From an uncultured Chloroflexia bacterium (GTDB lineage: Bacteria > Chloroflexota > Limnocylindria > Limnocylindrales > CSP1-4): a stretch of 64,000 nt of DNA. Below the pieces are notes generated by a model. That model saw only the letters and a program-made list of their open reading frames with translations, did no database searches and was not told where the DNA came from. Location of the stretch: the NCBI GenBank assembly GCA_963813535.1, contig CAWEZH010000002.1:1600001-1664000 (forward strand). Direction: 5' to 3'. This document shows, one piece after another, positions 58,694-64,000 of the stretch (position 1 is the stretch's first letter; each line of letters starts with the position of its first letter). The translations under genes and the position numbers were made by a program.

Positions 58694-59778
58694 CGCGCGA
58701 TGGTCGCCGTGGTCTCGAACTGCACGTCGCGCGTCGGCGGCGGGCGACGTGCGGGAACGACCACCTCGACCCGCGTGCCGTCGCCGGGCCGCGATCGGAC
58801 CTCCACGGCCAACCCGTGGATGCTCGCGCGCTCCTGCATGCCATCGAGACCGAGACCGCGCTCGCGCGCCGACTGGTCGAAGCCGACGCCGTCGTCGCCG
58901 ACCATCAGCCGCACCGAGTCGGTCATCACGTGTGCCGCGATCCAGATCGTGTGAGCGTGGCTGTGCCGGGTGGCGTTGCCGATCGCCTCCTGGACGATCC
59001 GGTAGACGTCGATCTCCAGCTCGGGTTCGAGCAAGCCGGGTGGCAGTGCGGCCGGATCGAAGCGCACCTCGACCGGCACTCCGGCCATGCGGGCAAGGTT
59101 GGCCAGGGCGGCCCCGAGGCCCAACTCGTGCACGCGGGTGGGACGCAGCTTGGCGGCCACCTGGCGCGTTTCGGCGAGCGCAGACGACGCGAGCTCGCGC
59201 GCGCGAAGGACGCCCGCTTGACCACCGTCCGCGTCAGCCTTTCGTGTTGCGGTGATCTCGGTGTCGGCAGCATCGAGCGTCAGGATAACGGCGGTCAGTG
59301 TCTGGCCAACGCCGTCATGGAGCTCGCGCGCGAGGCTCGCGCGCTCCTCCTCGTGGGCGGTCACGAGGCGCTCGCTCGCCTGGCGGTAGAGCTTCGCGTA
59401 GTGGCGCGCGGAGGTGGAGACGCGATCGGCAAGGACGGCCACGATCACCGCGATGGCGACCATCAGCGGCCACTCGGTGAACTCGACCTGCTCCTCCGTC
59501 GCTGGCACCCCGACAGCGTCCGAGACCGCGATGTAGACGACCATCACGCCGGCTGCCACCGCGATGCGCCAGAGGGCCGCGACCAGGCCGTACAGGAATG
59601 CGCCGATGGCGACGATCAACCACAGGCCCTGGAGCAGGATCTCCGCATCGGCCAATCGCAGGAACAGACCGATCGCGAACAGCCCGCATGTGAGGTCCAC
59701 AAGACGGCGCAGCAATACCGGGTCCAGGTTCCCGACCCGTGATAGCCGATGGTCCCAGGCGTTTCCGCCGATGGTCAT
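58690..59778 (-). CDS. HisKA_3-type intramembrane-sensing histidine kinase
   Basis: About four TMs, ARELHDGVGQ, RIVQEAIGN, DDGVGF, GLGLDGM. Confidence 0.9.
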   Translation of the reverse strand: MTIGGNAWDHRLSRVGNLDPVLLRRLVDLTCGLFAIGLFLRLADAEILLQGLWLIVAIGAFLYGLVAALWRIAVAAGVMVVYIAVSDAVGVPATEEQVEFTEWPLMVAIAVIVAVLADRVSTSARHYAKLYRQASERLVTAHEEERASLARELHDGVGQTLTAVILTLDAADTEITATRKADADGGQAGVLRARELASSALAETRQVAAKLRPTRVHELGLGAALANLARMAGVPVEVRFDPAALPPGLLEPELEIDVYRIVQEAIGNATRHSHAHTIWIAAHVMTDSVRLMVGDDGVGFDQSARERGLGLDGMQERASIHGLAVEVRSRPGDGTRVEVVVPARRPPPTRDVQFETTATIAR

Positions 59779-59954
59779 CCCTCATCCCCCAAATGATTGA
59801 AGTTGAGTATAGGCAGGGGTAGTCGTCGCGGACCATCATTCGACGGCCGGATCGGGGGATTCGGCGGGAACGTGGTGGCTCTAGGCACCACTGGCGCCGC
59901 ACGAGGGGCGACGCCACCGCTGTCGTCGCGGGGAGTCGGTTGGGGGATGTTGCC

Positions 59955-62900
59955 ATGATGCGTGGGCTCGTCAGCACGAGCGTGCGGTTCCGACTGATCT
60001 TCATCGGCATTGCCGGCGTGCTGCTGCTCGTCGGTGCGACCCAGCTTCAGTCTGCCCGGGTCGATGTCCTGCCGGAGTTCGCGCCCACGACCGTCGAGGT
60101 CCAGACCGAGGCGCTCGGGCTGTCGGCCGAGGAGGTCGAGGAGCTCGTCACGGTCCCGCTCGAGGCCGACCTTCTTCACGGCGTCGCGTTCCTCGACAAG
60201 ATCGAGTCCAAGTCGCTGGTGGGCCTGTCGTCGATCGTCATGACGTTCGAGCCTGGGACCGATGTCCTGAAGGCCCGCCAGGTCGTCGCCGAGCGACTCA
60301 CCCAGTCCCACGCCCTGCCGAACGTGGCCAAGGCACCGGTCATGCTCCAGCCCCTCTCGTCCCTGAACCGATTCATGATCGTGGGGCTCAGCTCAAGCGA
60401 GAAGTCGCTGATCGAGATGTCGGTGCTGGCCCGCTGGAACGTGCGGCCCCGCCTCATGGGCGTCCCCGGCGTCGCCAATGTCGCGATCTTCGGACAGCGC
60501 GAGCGCCAGCTCCAGGTGCTCGTCGACCCGGCCAAGCTGCAGCAGCGCGGCGTGACACTCGACCACGTCGTCGAGACCGCCGGCAACGCGCTGTGGTTCT
60601 CACCGCTGACCTTCCTCGAGGCCTCCACGCCGGGCACCGGTGGCTTCATCGACACGCCCCAGCAGCGACTCGGGATCCAGCACATCCTGCCGATCCGATC
60701 GGCCGAGGATCTCTCCCAGGTCGCCATCGACCGCGGGCCGGACGCCGCCCCGCTCACGCTCGGCGACGTCGCCACCGTGGTCGAGGATCATCAGCCGCTC
60801 ATCGGCGACGGCATAGTCGGCGAGGACCCGGGGCTGCTGCTCGTCATCGAGAAGTTTCCGGACGTCAACACGCTTGACGTCACCCGCAACGTCGAGAAGG
60901 CTCTCGAGGCCATGCAGCCGGGCCTTCCGGGCATCGATGTCGACGCGACCGTCTTCCGCGAGGCCTCGTTCATCGACGCCTCGATCGGCAACGTGTCGCT
61001 GGCCCTGCTGATCGGGTTCCTGCTGATCGCGCTCGTGCTCGGCCTGATGCTGTTCGACTGGCGAGCCGCGCTGATCAGCCTCGTCACGATCCCGTTGTCG
61101 CTGGTGGCGGCCGCGGTCGTCCTGCACCTTGCCGGCGTCTCGCTGAACGCCATCAGCATCGTCGGGCTCATGATCGCCGTGGGCGTCGTCGTCGACGACG
61201 TCGTGGGCCTGGTCGACAGCGTCCTGCGGCGCCTCCGCGACCCCCAGCCGGGTGACGCAGCACGCGGACGTGCGGGCATGGTGGTCGAGGGTGTCCTCGA
61301 CAGCCGTCGCCCCGTCGTGTACGCGACCCTGATCATCCTCGTCGGCCTGGTGCCACTGCTGTTCGTGACGGGCGTCCTCAGCGCATTCCTGCCATCGCTG
61401 GTCGTGGCCTACGCGGTGGCGATCATCGCCTCACTGATCGTGTCCGTGACGGTCGCGCCCGCGCTGGCCGTCCTCGTCCTGAGCGCCGCCCCGGGCGAAC
61501 GCCGGGAATCGCCGCTCCTCCGGCGGCTGCGCCGTGGTTATGGCTCGGCGATGAGCTGGCTCGTGGAACGAAGTCGACCCGGGTGGGTCATGGCGGGCGC
61601 CCTGGTCGTCGGACTTGCCGTCGTCGCAGGTCTCGTGCTCGCACCCGCGAACGGCAACGACGTGCTGCCGGCGTTCCGCCAGCGCGACGTGCTGATCCAT
61701 TGGGATGGTGCGCCGGGCGTGTCGCACCCCGAGATGACGCGCATCGTGTCGCGAGCAGCCGACGAGCTGCGCGCGATCCCCGGCGTCCGGAACGTCGGTG
61801 CCCACGTGGGTCGCGCGATCATGTCGGACGAGCGAACGAGCGTGCACGCCGGTGAGCTGTGGGTCAGCATGGACCAGGCCACCGACTACGACCAGACGAT
61901 GGCCGCCATCCAGAGCACGGTCGACGGATATCCCGGCCTCGGGCGGTCCGTGACCACATACCCGGCGGACCGAATCGCCGAAGTGTTCGGCGCTGGTGAG
62001 CGGGACATGTCCGTGCGCATCTACGGGCAGGACCTGTCGACGCTGCAAGCCAAGGGCATGGCCGTCCGCGATGCGATCGCCGGTGTCGGCGGCATCGAGG
62101 GGGCATCGGTCTCCACGACCATCACCGAGCCCACCGTCGAGATCAAGGTCGATCTCGAGAAGGCGGCAGCGGTCGGCCTCAAGGCCGGCGATGTCCGCCG
62201 CGCGGCAACGTCCCTGCTGTCGGGCATCCAGGTCGGCAACCTCTTCGAGGAGCAGAAGGTCTTCGAGGTCGTCGTCTGGGGCACCCCTGAGCACCGCGCC
62301 AGCCTCAGTAGCGTCCAGGACCTCCTCATCGAGACGCCGTCGTCGGGTCTCATCCGGCTCGGCGACGTCGCCGACGTCAACGTGGCCGCATCGCCGAGCG
62401 TCATCCAGCGCGAGGGCGTGATGCGCTACGTCGACGTCACCGCGGACGTCCGCGGCCGCGACCTGGGGGCTGTCCTCGCGGACATCCGTGCCTCTGTCGC
62501 GAACGTGCCGTTCGAGATCGAATACCACGCCGAGGTGCACAGTGCTGCGCTTGCCCGACAGGACGCGCAGTTGCGCCTGCTGGCCGTTGCCGCCGGTGCT
62601 GTGATCCTCATGCTGCTGCTGCTCCAGGCCGCGTTCAGCGCCTGGCGACTCGCCTTCCTGGTGCTGCTGGCGATGCCCGCCGCGGCCGCCGGCGGCGTGC
62701 TCGTCGCCTTCGCGACGGGTGACCTCTTCACGATGGGGGCCCTGGCCGGGTTCATCCTGGTCATCGCCATCACGATCCGCCACGCGGTCGCGCTGGTCGA
62801 TCGCTTCCGTCGGCTCCAGGAGACCGGCCTGTCCAGCGCCGAGGTGGCGACGGCAGGTGTCCAGGAGCGCCTCGTTCCGATCGGCACCACGCTGCTTGCG

Positions 62901-63119
62901 ACCGCGGTGTTCTCGGTCCCGTTCATCGCGCTCGGCGACGTCGCCGGGCTCGAGATCATGCGACCGATGGCCATCTTCGTCCTGGGCGGCCTGGTCAGCG
63001 CGGCACTGCTGATCCTCTTCGTGGTGCCAAGCATCTACCTGCTGTCCGGTCCGAGCCCTGCGTCCGAGACCGAAACCCTGCTGAGTGAATCACCGGCCTT
63101 CGAGCCGACGACGGCATAG
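59955..63119 (+). CDS. RND efflux permease (CzcA/CusA-like)
   Basis: VDVLPEF, EEVEELVTVPLE, TIPLS, GVVVDD, PMAIFVLGGL; about 1050 aa with two sets of TMs. Confidence 0.9.
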   Translation: MMRGLVSTSVRFRLIFIGIAGVLLLVGATQLQSARVDVLPEFAPTTVEVQTEALGLSAEEVEELVTVPLEADLLHGVAFLDKIESKSLVGLSSIVMTFEPGTDVLKARQVVAERLTQSHALPNVAKAPVMLQPLSSLNRFMIVGLSSSEKSLIEMSVLARWNVRPRLMGVPGVANVAIFGQRERQLQVLVDPAKLQQRGVTLDHVVETAGNALWFSPLTFLEASTPGTGGFIDTPQQRLGIQHILPIRSAEDLSQVAIDRGPDAAPLTLGDVATVVEDHQPLIGDGIVGEDPGLLLVIEKFPDVNTLDVTRNVEKALEAMQPGLPGIDVDATVFREASFIDASIGNVSLALLIGFLLIALVLGLMLFDWRAALISLVTIPLSLVAAAVVLHLAGVSLNAISIVGLMIAVGVVVDDVVGLVDSVLRRLRDPQPGDAARGRAGMVVEGVLDSRRPVVYATLIILVGLVPLLFVTGVLSAFLPSLVVAYAVAIIASLIVSVTVAPALAVLVLSAAPGERRESPLLRRLRRGYGSAMSWLVERSRPGWVMAGALVVGLAVVAGLVLAPANGNDVLPAFRQRDVLIHWDGAPGVSHPEMTRIVSRAADELRAIPGVRNVGAHVGRAIMSDERTSVHAGELWVSMDQATDYDQTMAAIQSTVDGYPGLGRSVTTYPADRIAEVFGAGERDMSVRIYGQDLSTLQAKGMAVRDAIAGVGGIEGASVSTTITEPTVEIKVDLEKAAAVGLKAGDVRRAATSLLSGIQVGNLFEEQKVFEVVVWGTPEHRASLSSVQDLLIETPSSGLIRLGDVADVNVAASPSVIQREGVMRYVDVTADVRGRDLGAVLADIRASVANVPFEIEYHAEVHSAALARQDAQLRLLAVAAGAVILMLLLLQAAFSAWRLAFLVLLAMPAAAAGGVLVAFATGDLFTMGALAGFILVIAITIRHAVALVDRFRRLQETGLSSAEVATAGVQERLVPIGTTLLATAVFSVPFIALGDVAGLEIMRPMAIFVLGGLVSAALLILFVVPSIYLLSGPSPASETETLLSESPAFEPTTA

Positions 63120-63129
63120 GAGCATCGAG

Positions 63130-63561
63130 ATGACACGACACCGCTTGTTCCTGACCGGGTTCGCGCTCGCCGCGCTGGCCCTGGGGGGATGCAACAACGC
63201 CACGACCTCCACACCCAAGGTGGAGGCCATCACCATCGAAGAGCAGGAGCCGTCGGGCCACAAGGTCCTGACCCTGTCCGAAAAGGCCGCGGAGCGGCTC
63301 GGCGTCGAGACGGCCGCCGTGGCCGGCAGTGGCGCGGCGATGTCCATCCCGTACGCGGCGATCGTCTACGACGCCGAGGGCAAGACCTGGACCTATATCA
63401 CGAGCGCGCCGCTCGTCTACGAGCGGGCGGAGATCACGGTCGACCAGATCGACGGTGACGTCGCGACGATCTCGGCCGGGCCGCCCGCGGGCACCCAGGT
63501 CGTGACAACCGGCGCGGCCGAGCTGTACGGCGCCGAGATCGGCGTCGGCGGCGGTCACTGA
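63130..63561 (+). CDS. Small lipoprotein resembling only the C-terminal part of an RND periplasmic adaptor
   Basis: Lipobox LGGC; AAERLGVET, IPYAAIVYD..G.TW.Y, GTQVVTTGA motifs; 143 aa. Confidence 0.75.
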   Translation: MTRHRLFLTGFALAALALGGCNNATTSTPKVEAITIEEQEPSGHKVLTLSEKAAERLGVETAAVAGSGAAMSIPYAAIVYDAEGKTWTYITSAPLVYERAEITVDQIDGDVATISAGPPAGTQVVTTGAAELYGAEIGVGGGH

Positions 63562-63600
63562 TCGCGCTCTAGCACACGATTTCGGGGGGAGTCCACGGTC

Positions 63601-64000
63601 ATGATGCGACGGATCATCGCCACGAGCCTGCGGTTCCGCTTCATCGTGGTCGCGCTCGCGGCGGGGATGATGCTCATCGGCGCAGCCCAGGTGCGGGCCA
63701 TGCCGGTCGACGTCTTCCCCGAGTTCGCGCCACCGAAGGTCGAGATCCAGACGATCTGCATCGGCCTGTCGGCCGAGGAGGTCGAACAGCTCGTCACGGT
63801 GCCGATCGAGCAGTCCCTGGCCGGCATCGAAGGACTGGAGACCATCCGCTCCAAGTCGGTCATCCAGCTGTCCCAGGTCGTGCTGCTGTTCAAGCCGGGC
63901 ACGAACGAGCTCCAGGCCCGCCAGCTCGTCGCCGAGCGGCTCGCACAGATCATCCCATCCCTGCCGACGTGGGCGGCCCCGCCGGTGATGCTCCAGCCGC
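63601..64000 (+). CDS. Second RND permease, truncated by the window end
   Basis: MMRRIIATSLRFR...PVDVFPEFAPPKVEIQT...AEEVEQLVTVPIE; paralogous to the N-terminus of the 59955 gene. Confidence 0.88.
   Translation, partial: MMRRIIATSLRFRFIVVALAAGMMLIGAAQVRAMPVDVFPEFAPPKVEIQTICIGLSAEEVEQLVTVPIEQSLAGIEGLETIRSKSVIQLSQVVLLFKPGTNELQARQLVAERLAQIIPSLPTWAAPPVMLQP

Noticed and set aside
102-63953. Many long antisense and alternate-frame ORFs in the track
   Set aside because: They are Arg/Pro/Gly-rich shadows expected in very high-GC DNA and overlap well-supported genes.

Overview
High-GC bacterial window, densely coding. Lineage is probably a monoderm such as Chloroflexota or Actinomycetota (inferred from GC, leaderless genes and gene content, not proven). 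No rRNA, tRNA, CRISPR array, transposase or prophage was recognised. Positions 1-24 kb are mixed metabolic and regulatory genes: two non-pyrrolysine MttB-family methyltransferases flanking a short MetE-like synthase, an ArsR/SRPBCC operon, an MprAB-like two-component system, and a ubiquitin-like/MoaX/M55/degenerate KamD neighbourhood. Positions ~24-55.6 kb hold a large, split Wzx/Wzy-type exopolysaccharide locus. It includes a tailoring cassette (two P-loop kinases, ATP-grasp, deacetylase, APH-fold kinase), a Wzc-like protein lacking its kinase motifs, a membrane-bound degenerate GGDEF protein that keeps an RxxD site, and three paralogous exported alginate-lyase-like proteins. One of the three sits behind a clear c-di-GMP-I riboswitch. 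This c-di-GMP-linked matrix synthesis/remodelling locus is the best candidate for an undescribed system. The window ends with PPK2, an aldehyde dehydrogenase, a NarXL-type two-component system and an RND / mini-adaptor lipoprotein / RND cassette. At least four genes carry short frameshifts that look like long-read indel errors. All family calls are by motif recognition; no database search was run.
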